Positions 51,293 through 61,100 of a stretch of DNA of 64,000 bases are shown here, piece by piece (the first letter of the stretch is position 1; the number at the start of each line of letters is the position of its first letter). The notes beneath the pieces were generated by a model. It saw nothing but the letters and a program-made list of their open reading frames with translations, did not search any database and was not told the origin of the DNA. Source of the DNA: Eubacteriales bacterium (GTDB lineage: Bacteria > Bacillota > Desulfotomaculia > Desulfotomaculales > Nap2-2B); NCBI GenBank assembly GCA_041653135.1, contig JBAZGB010000003.1, positions 421 through 64,420 of the forward strand, read 5' to 3'. A program made the position numbers and the translations under genes.

Positions 51293-52083
51293 AGTTTTAA
51301 GCTTTGTCCATTGTTAATTGTACGGCATATATTTTCTTTCTGCAATAAACTGATAAACCGCTTCAGTAAATCCCGGGATTCCCCCTGCGGCAAGAACTCG
51401 AGACAGTTTAACGCATTTTTAAAAAAGATTTCGGCCGCTTCAGGGTCGCCGGGCATATCCTCCGCAAGACCTAAGGCCATCCCCAGGTTGAATCCCAGAT
51501 TTTCCAGATAGTTTAAACCTTCTGCGGGCGCGCCGGCCAGTTCGCCGCTGATCCGGCAGCAAGTGGCAAATACCTGTCCCGACTCTTTTTCGACAGCAGT
51601 CATATAACTATCTTTTGATTGCGGGCTTTCCTGATTTGTTTTTAACTTAAGAATACATCCTTCATTAAGCTGTCCAATCAGTTCTGCCAGAGTACCCAAA
51701 TAATTAGATAAACCGGCATCACACAGGCTCACAAAAACCTGGCTGTATAAATAATCGCCTACTAAAACGGGCAGCTGGCAGCAGTCCCGGAAGTCATCAG
51801 TCTGTTCCATCCCGCTGTCGTTTTCAAGAACAATTTTATGTATCTGTGAAGCTGTATGAATAAACTGTAAGATTGCCGCCAGAAATATAGTCTGTCTGTT
51901 TGCAGTACCATAAAGATTAGCTGCAAGCAGGATCAGTCCCGGCCTGGTCAGGTTTTCAACAGGGAAAAATTCCAGGCGCATGAGGTCTAAAAGGTTCCCC
52001 TCCCTAATTTTGAAAGCTTTGGATAAAATGCTTTGCACCTGCTCTAACTCAGTTTTAAACGGAAGCAATACCTCTTCCATCAA
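51289..52083 (-). CDS. Polyprenyl-synthetase-fold protein lacking DDxxD motifs
   Basis: RPGLILLA, VLVGDYLY and KESGQVFATCC align with trans-prenyltransferases; the Asp-rich motifs are replaced. Confidence 0.75.
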   Translation of the reverse strand: MMEEVLLPFKTELEQVQSILSKAFKIREGNLLDLMRLEFFPVENLTRPGLILLAANLYGTANRQTIFLAAILQFIHTASQIHKIVLENDSGMEQTDDFRDCCQLPVLVGDYLYSQVFVSLCDAGLSNYLGTLAELIGQLNEGCILKLKTNQESPQSKDSYMTAVEKESGQVFATCCRISGELAGAPAEGLNYLENLGFNLGMALGLAEDMPGDPEAAEIFFKNALNCLEFLPQGESRDLLKRFISLLQKENICRTINNGQSLKL

Positions 52084-52116
52084 AATACCAACCCCTTAAT
52101 AGGCAACTAAATTAAA

Positions 52117-52144
52117 ATTCTTTTAATGAACGTCAATATCCTGC
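52117..52144 (-). promoter_or_regulatory. SigH-like promoter of the prenyl-synthase-menG-selA-selB run
   Basis: GCAGGATAT-N11-AAAAGAAT. Confidence 0.55.
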
Positions 52145-52238
52145 CCAGTTTATAAAAAGCAATGAGCCTTGCAATCCTTCAAGGCAGCAAGGCTCCGCTA
52201 ATCTTCTTTTAAGCGGGTACTAATAAAAATCCCCCCTA

Positions 52239-52616
52239 TTAATCCTGACCACTGGCTAGCCCGTTTAGCGGCAAGATACCACGTTTTACTTCTTTCGCCG
52301 CCATTTCTTTGGCACAAAATTGATTTGTGAGATAATTACAGGCGCACCAAGGGTCAACCCGATCACCACAGGTGAATACATCAACCGCTGCATAACCCAG
52401 TTCCGGCCATGTATGAATAGCCAGATGGGACTCTGAAATTACCACCACGCCGCTGATCCCCTGAGGGCTGAATCTATGGAATACGCTCTCTCTAACTTCT
52501 GCTCCTACTTCCTTAGCTGCATTGACCATTATTTCCTCAACCTTTTCCCTGTTGTTCAGAATGTCAAACTTGCAGCCGTAGATCTCAGCCAAAACGTGGC
52601 GGCCTAACTGTTTCAT
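52239..52616 (-). CDS. speD: S-adenosylmethionine decarboxylase proenzyme (short type)
   Basis: [24 protein letters not shown] cleavage motif, DVFTCG. Confidence 0.96.
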   Translation of the reverse strand: MKQLGRHVLAEIYGCKFDILNNREKVEEIMVNAAKEVGAEVRESVFHRFSPQGISGVVVISESHLAIHTWPELGYAAVDVFTCGDRVDPWCACNYLTNQFCAKEMAAKEVKRGILPLNGLASGQD

Positions 52617-52729
52617 CCTACTTATCTACCCCCTTTTTTCTTTTTTAAAAAAAAGAGTGCTGGAAAATGTCATTTACCTGACAAATCTTAATAAAACGCC
52701 AGGTTTTCTGGCCATTCCAACCAAATAAA

Positions 52730-52757
52730 ATTGTAACACAAGATCGATAGATGTCAA
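52730..52757 (-). promoter_or_regulatory. SigA promoter of speD
   Basis: TTGACA-N16-TACAAT with an extended -10 TG. Confidence 0.65.
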
Positions 52758-52770
52758 ATATAAATTTGGA

Positions 52771-55032
52771 TTACTTTTGTTCCTGCAGAACAAGATAGAC
52801 TATTGGCGGAGCTCCAAAGATCATGGTTGTTGCAGCAGCCACTATTCCCGCATCGTTGAAAATTAGAGCCACAATGCTTGCCGTAACAACACCGACAAAT
52901 CCCTTGTATAAATCGGGATGCCTTTTCCGTATCGTGGCCATAACACCCAGCGGTCTGTAGAACAAGAGAGCAAGGCTTCCCAGGCTGGCAATAAAAATCC
53001 GGGTCCAAATTGTATATCTGATCAATTTCAGGTTCATTTCAGTTTTACGTACGATTATGTTTTTTATCTCCTGCCAGCCTCCGGATAAAATCAAGGAAGC
53101 ATTCCGTCCGAAGTGCGACTGAAGCTCGGCGGGCCTGAACAGATCAATTGCCGGTATTACAGCCACTAACCCGATTATGATGATGACAAGATAAATGACA
53201 GTGCGCAGCTTGAACTTTACGTTACAGAGCAGCAAAAAGGTAGTCGCCAGTGCGGCAACCGAGACGATAGCCCCTCCCATTTTAGAGCCCAGGGCTGGTG
53301 AGGCCAATATATAGACAGTGATCAGAAAAATAATTCCCGTCAAAGCCAGCAGGGTTCTCCGGTAACGCTCAAACTTGCTCATTAAGGTTGTGCAGCCGAT
53401 AATTAAAGAACCCATTAACACTCCCATGTATTCGTTTCCTATTCCGTAGAAGCGTGCGCCGGCTATCGGATCATAGCTCATTATCGAAGTCTTCTGAAGG
53501 GGCGCCCCGATGGCTGTGTCCAGAATCAACAATCCTGCAGTGGCCAGGCTTAGAAAAATAAACGAACCAAGGTTGTGGCGGCGCTCAAACCACCAGGCCA
53601 GACAGGTAATCCAGGCCGTAAGCAGGAACAGTTCCAAAGTTAAAACAAAAAATGAGGGCTGGGGTAAAAGAGACAGCAGCAAATAAACCAGCGGGACAGC
53701 CATAACGGATAATAAAAATGGTTGAAGCAGCCGGGCAGCCTTTTTATGAATGAGGATAAAATACAGGCTGACCAGCAACAGGCCCAGTTGGCAAATACAG
53801 TATCCCTTTTGAAAGATGTTCCGTGCATTATACGTCAGAGTCAGTTGTTTATTCATATCGACCAGCTTGCTGAGCTGGTTTTCTGATTCAACCCAGAGCA
53901 TATTCTGGCCGCTCATCCATTCGGGCTTTCTCAAATTGAGAAAACCCAGGATTGTCGGGGCCAGATCGGTATTCATTATAATTCCCTGTCTTTTGGTTGT
54001 CGGTGAGAACAGAAAGCCTTCCCGCACCCCTGCTCCAACCGCTAAAATATTAGAAAGGTATTCATTCTGATTTCCGGTGGTGGTTTTTCCCGGCGTAGGG
54101 GAAATAATCAGCAGGAGGTCCCTGTCCGGATTCAGCCGGCCCATTACTCTTCCGATAAACTGATCAATCCTTTGCATTGTCCGCTTACGTTCAGCGGCCC
54201 AGACCGGATCGGACACATAATTACGAAACTCTTCCAGCCTGGACAGATCGCCTGTTTCTATTACTGTAAGAGCCGTATCGCCGGGTAAACGCTCCATCTC
54301 CTGAAGAACCCTGGCGTAATTTGTACGAAACCCGCCGGGAAAACGGTCGTCCATCTTTTCAAGCAGAGAAGCGCTGACATCACCATTGTCCACCAGCCCG
54401 TATCTGTCCATTGCAATGGACAGAATCTCCCGGCGGCGGCCGATAATTGTATCTGCATTACCAAAAACAGCTGTTTTCAAGCCCGCTTCGTGCAGACGGT
54501 CGCCTAAAGCGCCCGGTACGGCAGGATAAGGAAGTTCGCTGTTAAGCTGCCCAAACCTGGTAATATCGAGCTGGACAACCGCCGAAGAGGGAACTTTCCT
54601 GCCCAAACGCCGGTAGTATTCAAACCCTGCGGGCCCGGAATCCTGCTCTTCATCTGCATTCAAACCCATTGTATACGTCCCTGTTGCTATGATATGTGAA
54701 CCTGCCCCAATTGTGGCATAAGTATTTTCCGAAAGAAGGTTATTACCGGCGGTATTACAGTTCATCAGGCTGATCGCGCCATTTTGTATGATTTTGTGAA
54801 AATTAGCAAGCAACGGATCGCTAAAGTCTTCTAAAACCATCCGGTCGACAATTACAATGACAACCTTGTTTTCTTCCGAAGGGCTGGATGCAAAGGGGTT
54901 GGCTGCAGCATTTTTTACGCCTGGACTTACGTTTTGCATCGCCGTACCCGGCCAACCCAAGGCAGGAAAACCCGTCAGCAGGATAATAAAAATCAATAGG
55001 ATAACAACACTGTTCAGTTTACTCTTCTTCAT
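52771..55032 (-). CDS. Membrane protein with alkaline-phosphatase-superfamily-like extracellular domain and ~10 C-terminal TMs
   Basis: VVIVIVDRM, YATIGAG, GARFYGIGNEY, FNDAGI motifs; adjacent to a GT4 gene. Confidence 0.65.
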   Translation of the reverse strand: MKKSKLNSVVILLIFIILLTGFPALGWPGTAMQNVSPGVKNAAANPFASSPSEENKVVIVIVDRMVLEDFSDPLLANFHKIIQNGAISLMNCNTAGNNLLSENTYATIGAGSHIIATGTYTMGLNADEEQDSGPAGFEYYRRLGRKVPSSAVVQLDITRFGQLNSELPYPAVPGALGDRLHEAGLKTAVFGNADTIIGRRREILSIAMDRYGLVDNGDVSASLLEKMDDRFPGGFRTNYARVLQEMERLPGDTALTVIETGDLSRLEEFRNYVSDPVWAAERKRTMQRIDQFIGRVMGRLNPDRDLLLIISPTPGKTTTGNQNEYLSNILAVGAGVREGFLFSPTTKRQGIIMNTDLAPTILGFLNLRKPEWMSGQNMLWVESENQLSKLVDMNKQLTLTYNARNIFQKGYCICQLGLLLVSLYFILIHKKAARLLQPFLLSVMAVPLVYLLLSLLPQPSFFVLTLELFLLTAWITCLAWWFERRHNLGSFIFLSLATAGLLILDTAIGAPLQKTSIMSYDPIAGARFYGIGNEYMGVLMGSLIIGCTTLMSKFERYRRTLLALTGIIFLITVYILASPALGSKMGGAIVSVAALATTFLLLCNVKFKLRTVIYLVIIIIGLVAVIPAIDLFRPAELQSHFGRNASLILSGGWQEIKNIIVRKTEMNLKLIRYTIWTRIFIASLGSLALLFYRPLGVMATIRKRHPDLYKGFVGVVTASIVALIFNDAGIVAAATTMIFGAPPIVYLVLQEQK

Positions 55033-55065
55033 AAATTAAAGGTACCTTAGATCCAATTTTTCAAT

Positions 55066-56205
55066 TTAAATGAAACCCCTGTTTGAAAGCAGGTTTCTAT
55101 ACTCATCTTCAATCCTGCGAACCATAACGGCTGCCGTGAATTTTTCTTTGACCAGCGCCTTGCCCGCCTGTCCCATGGCGGCGGCTTTTTGGGGATCTGA
55201 TAATAACGAAGCCACTGCAATGGCAAGACCGGCCGGGTCGGCCGGGTCAACGAGCAGACCGTTAACATTGTCCAGAATAATTTCAGGAATGCCGCCTACC
55301 CGGGTGGCAACCACCGGACAACCGGCGGCAAGAGCCTCGAGTATAGTTAAAGGAAGCCCTTCGGTCAGCGAAGAAAGCACGAAAACGTCAAAAGCAGGCA
55401 AAAGGTATGGAATATCATGCCTTTCGCCGGTAAAAACAACCCTGTCTTTGATACCCAGCGACAATGCTTCTTCTTCCAACTGCCGGCGAAGCGGCCCATC
55501 CCCGATGACAACAAAATTTACCTTATAATCCATGGCCAGCATAGCGGCAGCCTTTAAAAAATAAGTTACCCCTTTCTGGGAAGCGAGACGGGCAACCATG
55601 CCAACAACCTGTTCTGAAGGGGGGAGATCCAGTTTTCGCAAGGTAAAACAACGCTCTACTTGTGTTTCAAACAATTCTGTTTCGATTCCGTTCCGGATTG
55701 TTACAACCTTGTCTTGATCCAACCTTTCTCTTTTGATCAGTTCACCGCGCAAGGCTTCAGAAACGGTAATTAACCGGTCAGTATATCTGTTCAGAAACCG
55801 TTCGGCAAAGGCAAATAAAGATTTTTTCCAGAAAGGCCACTCTTCATAAAAAATAGAATTATGCGCGGTCAAAAGAACAAGCGGAGTACCCGCAAGCCTC
55901 GCTGCCACACGTCCGACAAGTCCGGCTTTTGAACTGTGCGCATGCAGAATGGTAATTTTCTCATCTTTTAAAATACTGACCAGTTGCTTTACAACACGTA
56001 AATCACTTAACGGAGAAAGTTCACCCCGGATAGGCAGATCAATGGCTTTAAAATTTAAAGAAGTTAGATCTCTGGCCATGTATCCCGGACAAGCTACTAT
56101 AGGGTCAAACATTTCCCTGTCACAGTGTCTTAAAAGGGACAGCAGATGATTTTTCATTCCCCCGGCGGCTGGGCGAATTAAGTGTAAAATACGGAATTTA
56201 TTCAT
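55066..56205 (-). CDS. Glycosyltransferase family 4
   Basis: GGMK, HSSKAG, EGLPLTILEALAAG. Start placed at the ATG at 56205 after GGAGGG. Confidence 0.93.
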   Translation of the reverse strand: MNKFRILHLIRPAAGGMKNHLLSLLRHCDREMFDPIVACPGYMARDLTSLNFKAIDLPIRGELSPLSDLRVVKQLVSILKDEKITILHAHSSKAGLVGRVAARLAGTPLVLLTAHNSIFYEEWPFWKKSLFAFAERFLNRYTDRLITVSEALRGELIKRERLDQDKVVTIRNGIETELFETQVERCFTLRKLDLPPSEQVVGMVARLASQKGVTYFLKAAAMLAMDYKVNFVVIGDGPLRRQLEEEALSLGIKDRVVFTGERHDIPYLLPAFDVFVLSSLTEGLPLTILEALAAGCPVVATRVGGIPEIILDNVNGLLVDPADPAGLAIAVASLLSDPQKAAAMGQAGKALVKEKFTAAVMVRRIEDEYRNLLSNRGFI

Positions 56206-56324
56206 CCGTTCCCTCCCTGGTTTAATTGCTGCCAAATTAAAAACCAGCGGATTTATTCTTGTATTTCGCTAAAACCCGGTTTTTTACCTGCCAAAGGAAA
56301 AAATAATCGGTCATAAACTCACAG

Positions 56325-56513
56325 TTACTTTTCCAGGATAGCCTCTGTAGGGCAGTTATGCAGAGCTTCAAGAGCATCACTTTCCAATTCCGAAGGAACT
56401 TCATCAACTATAGCAAACGCTTTTTCTTCGTTATTCCAATCGAAAACCAGCGGACAAATGTCTACACAACTGCCGCAGCTAATGCATAAATCTTGAACTA
56501 CATAGACCCGCAT
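56325..56513 (-). CDS. Single-cluster ferredoxin
   Basis: CISCGSC...CP and CPTEAI. Start placed at the ATG at 56513. Confidence 0.93.
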   Translation of the reverse strand: MRVYVVQDLCISCGSCVDICPLVFDWNNEEKAFAIVDEVPSELESDALEALHNCPTEAILEK

Positions 56514-56593
56514 AATTTTTTTCTCCCTCATTTTGAAATAACGAGTTTATTATTTCATTAATACAGCATCTTATGCCGCAAATATGCAAATAT

Positions 56594-58060
56594 TTACCTT
56601 TTCTTAAGCCAGCAAACTGCCTTTTCCAGCCTTTCAACGCATTTCTCTTTACCCAGGGTAACCATTATATCAAACAGCCCCGGTCCCATTGTTTTGCCGG
56701 AAAGGGCAAGGCGCGTCGGATGAATCAGGGACCCGCCAGGGATACCGAGATTATCTATTGAGTTCCGGTAGGCCAGTTCGACACTCGGCAGATCAAAACA
56801 GGGGATCGTTTTAATTGCTTCCTTTCCTTGATCCAGCAATTCGGCCGTCCCTTCCCTGTTAAAAAACTTTTTAACTCCCTTTTCATCATAGTCATAATCA
56901 TCTATGTAAAAATAAGCGGATGCGTCAGCCAGCTCAACCAGGGTATGCACCCTGGAACGCACCACTTCGGAAACTCTTTTAATGTAGGCAAAAGTTTTTT
57001 CGTCCGGATCGTCTTTGATAAAACCCCGTGCCTGTAAATACGGAACCACTTCCCGGGCGACCCTTTCCGGTTCGAATGAGCATAGATACTGCGCATTTAA
57101 CCAGGTCAGCTTTTTGGTGTCATATATGGCCGCCGATTTAGAGATTGCTTCGAGAGAAAATAAACTGATGATTTCATTCACAGTCATCTTCTCCCTGTCA
57201 TCACCCGGCGACCACCCAAGCAGGGCCAGATAATTTACCAGAGCCTCAGGGAAATAACCGTCCAGGCGGAATTCATCAACACTTGTTGCGCCGTGCCGTT
57301 TGGAGAGCTTGGAGCGGTCAGGCGCAAGAATCATCGGCACATGCGCATAAGCAGGTTCATTAAACCCGAGCGCCCTGTAAAGCAGTATTTGCTTGGGGGT
57401 GTTGGAAAGATGCTCTTCGGCGCGGATAACGTGAGTTATGCGCATAAGGCTGTCGTCTACAACACAGGCAAAGTTATAGGTTGGAAGACCGTTTGATTTG
57501 ACTATGATAAAATCATCCATAGTCTTATTCTCAAATTCAACAGCGCCCCTGATTAAATCGTGCACTACCGTCGTGCCTTCCTGGGGCATTTTTATGCGCA
57601 GCACGTGGCTGATACCCCTGGCTTCCCGTTCCAGCTGCTCCTGCCGGCTCAGCTGGCGGCATCTTCCATCGTAGCGAGGAGCAAGGCCTTTTTTCTGCGC
57701 CTGTTCCCTCTGCCGGGCCAATTCCGACGGCGTGCAATAGCATTTATAAACTGCGCCGCTTTTCAACAGGCGGTCTGCATAGTCCCTGTATAAGTCAAAT
57801 CTCTCCGACTGTCTGTAAGGACCTGATAAACCTATTGTACCCGGCCCTTCATCCCATTTAAGGCCAAGCCATTCAAGACAGCTGAAAATACCCGCTTCAG
57901 CTTCTTCAAGGTTTCTTTCCAGGTCTGTATCCTCCAAGCGAAGAACAAAAACACCGCCGTTTTTTCTGGCAAAAAGCCAGTTGAACAGCGCTGTTCTTGC
58001 TCCCCCTATATGAAGGTTCCCAGTAGGGCTTGGCGCAAAGCGAACACGAATTTGTTCCAT
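56594..58060 (-). CDS. gltX: Glutamate-tRNA ligase
   Basis: RFAPSPTGNLHIGG, LSKR, HPTRLALSG. Confidence 0.97.
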   Translation of the reverse strand: MEQIRVRFAPSPTGNLHIGGARTALFNWLFARKNGGVFVLRLEDTDLERNLEEAEAGIFSCLEWLGLKWDEGPGTIGLSGPYRQSERFDLYRDYADRLLKSGAVYKCYCTPSELARQREQAQKKGLAPRYDGRCRQLSRQEQLEREARGISHVLRIKMPQEGTTVVHDLIRGAVEFENKTMDDFIIVKSNGLPTYNFACVVDDSLMRITHVIRAEEHLSNTPKQILLYRALGFNEPAYAHVPMILAPDRSKLSKRHGATSVDEFRLDGYFPEALVNYLALLGWSPGDDREKMTVNEIISLFSLEAISKSAAIYDTKKLTWLNAQYLCSFEPERVAREVVPYLQARGFIKDDPDEKTFAYIKRVSEVVRSRVHTLVELADASAYFYIDDYDYDEKGVKKFFNREGTAELLDQGKEAIKTIPCFDLPSVELAYRNSIDNLGIPGGSLIHPTRLALSGKTMGPGLFDIMVTLGKEKCVERLEKAVCWLKKR

Positions 58061-58121
58061 AATACAGCTCCCTTAAACATATTTGCCAGGCACAATTATA
58101 CTACCCTATTACTTAACCGTA

Positions 58122-58174
58122 AAGAAACCGCCTTAGAATACAAGGGAATACAAGGGGACGGTTCTTGTGTATTT
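58122..58174. repeat. Imperfect inverted repeat with internal direct repeat (REP-like)
   Basis: aagaaaccgcctt ... aaggggacggttctt, plus tandem gaatacaaggg x2. Confidence 0.4.
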
Positions 58175-58181
58175 ATACTCT

Positions 58182-61100
58182 TTACAGCCTGTATGATCCA
58201 GCTCCAAAAAAGTATAAATATTTTTCTTTGACAGGCAGATTCAGAACAGATTGGGCAGCCCTGGCATACATTTCAATTTGAATGCGGTAGCGAGCCGCCA
58301 GCGCTTTCATCCTTTCCCAGTTACCGGGGCTTATATAATCTGTTTTAAAATCAATAACTACAAGACCTCCCTCTTCCTCCAAAAGACAGTCAATGATTCC
58401 CTGAACCACAACCGTCTGCTCAATAAAGGCTGATGAGGTTTCCAGACTTTTTCCGGACAGGGAATTACTTTCAACGGAGCAGGAATATATTTCGTTGGCA
58501 GGCACAGCTATAAGAAAAGGGGTTTCCCGGTAAGTTTTATTTGCCGAAAGCACTCTTTCGCCAAGCGGGGATTCAAAAAAGGCAAGAAGATGATCCGGAT
58601 TTATAACACCGGCCTGGCCTTCAGTGAGAATTTCCCGTTTTTGCAGATCGGCGATTTGATCACAGATGCTTTTATTTGTTAACTTACCGCTCAGGTTCAG
58701 ATGCCGCATAATCAGGTGTACGGCGCTTCCCTTCTCCGCGCCGGTTAAAAACCTTGTTTTCTGCAAAAAATTCGGCCGCCTGGCGCTCTGACCGTGATCT
58801 GCTTTCTCCTCCGGAAAGATAAGCTGCGAATTATCCCTGTCATTGTTCAATGAATGTTCCCTTAAGCCTGTTACAGTCATTTTTGCCGGTTTGACGGAGA
58901 AACAGTTAAAAGGATAACTCCAGCCAAGCTGATGTTTAACCTTGCCTTCGTTTCCGTTCTCCCCTTCCAGTGTTTCGAGTTTTTGCACTTTTTCCAGTAT
59001 CCCGGCGGTCTGAGCAGGCAGTGCCTCTTCCACTGCCTGCATTTTATAATCATTATGGCGAATTTTCATTTCCCAGCGGGAAATATCTTCAAAGGTATTT
59101 AAATCCAGGTCAAGACCCGCAGATCGATAAAGATTTTCCGCATCACGGCGCCTGATCAGGGCAACACCCAGCAGGTCGAGAAAAGACCCGGCGGAAATCA
59201 AATGCGGTTCAAAGGGCTGCTTTTCCTTAAAATAAACAGCGTTGGACCATTTTAAGACCTCTTTTTGAAAATCGGCAACGCGGCCAACTAAGATAAGCTT
59301 TTCACGGGCCCGTGTCATAGCAACATACAGAATCCGCAGTTCCTCCGCGATGGTTTCCATTTTGAGGGCTGCTTTCAAAGCCAGTTTTGGCAGTGTAGGG
59401 TAACTGTACCTGCCGGCCGCATTGACGAGTTGCGGGCCGATGCCGAGCTTCTTATGAAGAAGAATATTCCTGTTCAAATCCTGAAAATTAAACGGTCTGT
59501 TCAGTCCCGCTATAAACACAACGGGGAACTCCAGGCCCTTGCTTTTGTGTATGCTCATTATTCTGACCACGTCTTCGTTTTCCCCGAGCACTCTTGCGGA
59601 ACCGAGGTCGCGGTTGTTCTGTTGAAGGCGCTCAATATATATAAGAAAACGGTACAACCCCCGAAAAACAGTTCCTTCATACTGGCAGGCCCTGTCATAA
59701 AGCGCCCGTAGGTTAGCCTGACGCTGGTCTCCTCCGGGCAGTCCGCCGGCATAATCGTAATACCCCGTTTTACGGTATATATCATGGATGAGATCGGGCA
59801 AACGGCACTGGCGCGACATAGTGCGCCAGTGTTCAAGCATGGATAAAAAAACAACCAGTCTACCGGTCAATTCATCGGAAGGCATTCCGGCGGCAGTCAG
59901 CACGGCATCGTAAAAATCGCCTTCTTTCTTGCACAGGCGTATTTTGGCCATTCCTTCAACCCCGATTCCGACAAGAGGGGACCTTAAAACACCGGCCAAA
60001 GGTATATCCTGCCTTGGGTTGTCTATTAAAGAAAGCAGGGAAATGATTATCTTTACTTCGGATGCCTGGAAATAACCTGTGGCAGACTCAGCATAGGCCG
60101 GAACACCCGCCGCGCTGAATTCTTCAAGAAATACTCCTGCTGCCTGGATTGTACTCCGCATTAAAACAGCAATATCCCTGTATGACAGATTATTGCCTTC
60201 CCGTCTTGCTTCAGTGATTATTTCCTTGATCCTGCCGGCAATGTATCTTGCTTCAACCTGTCTTTCTTCCATTCCCTCAAAAGATTCGCCGTCATGGCTT
60301 TCTTTAGATTCTCCAACGGGGCTTTCCCCGCTTGTTTCTGATGCATCTTCCCCATCAGGCAATTCATCGTAACCCCGATCGAAATTAAGGAGATGAAATT
60401 CTATGGCATCGTTTGAAAAAAGCGTTTTTGTCTTTGCAGGCGGGCGTGCTGCGCCAAACTTGAGCGGGTTTTTACTGTAATCAATTTCCCCGACGCCCGG
60501 CGTCATCATCAGTGTAAAAATAAAGTTCACACCGTTAATTATGTTCCTTGTACTCCGCATATTGTTTGTTAAGCAAAGGGCTATCCCCGGATCATAATTT
60601 TCTATCCGGTCAGTTTTACTCTCTAATAAAGTAAATGAATTTTGCCTGGCCTGAAAAAGCCCGGGTTCAGCCAGCCTGAACCTGTAAATGCTCTGTTTTA
60701 CATCACCGACCATAAACAGATTTGACACTTTGGCGCCCTGACGGGAGACCAGATTTAAAATTGCATCCTGAACTTCATTGATATCCTGGTACTCGTCTAC
60801 CAGCACATGATCAAAACGCTCCTGCAGCTTAAGGGCGGCTTCCGAGGGAATCAAAGCTCCCGGCTGATCCCCCCGGATGCATAATATTTGAAGCGCATAC
60901 TGCTCCAAATCGCTGAAATCAACAACGCCCTGGGCCTTTTTTACCTGCTGGTACATTTTATCGAAATCCAAAACCAGTTCAACCAGCTCGTGAACCAAAG
61001 GAGCAACAGTTTCTAGTTCGGAAAGGTATTCGTCAGGCTCCCGCGAAAAAAACTCCTCAGCCAGATTTCTTAGATTTCTTTTAATCCTTTCCCGCAAAAC

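Noticed and set aside
58061-58181. T-box leader for gltX
   Set aside because: Only 120 nt of intergenic sequence, and no T-box consensus.
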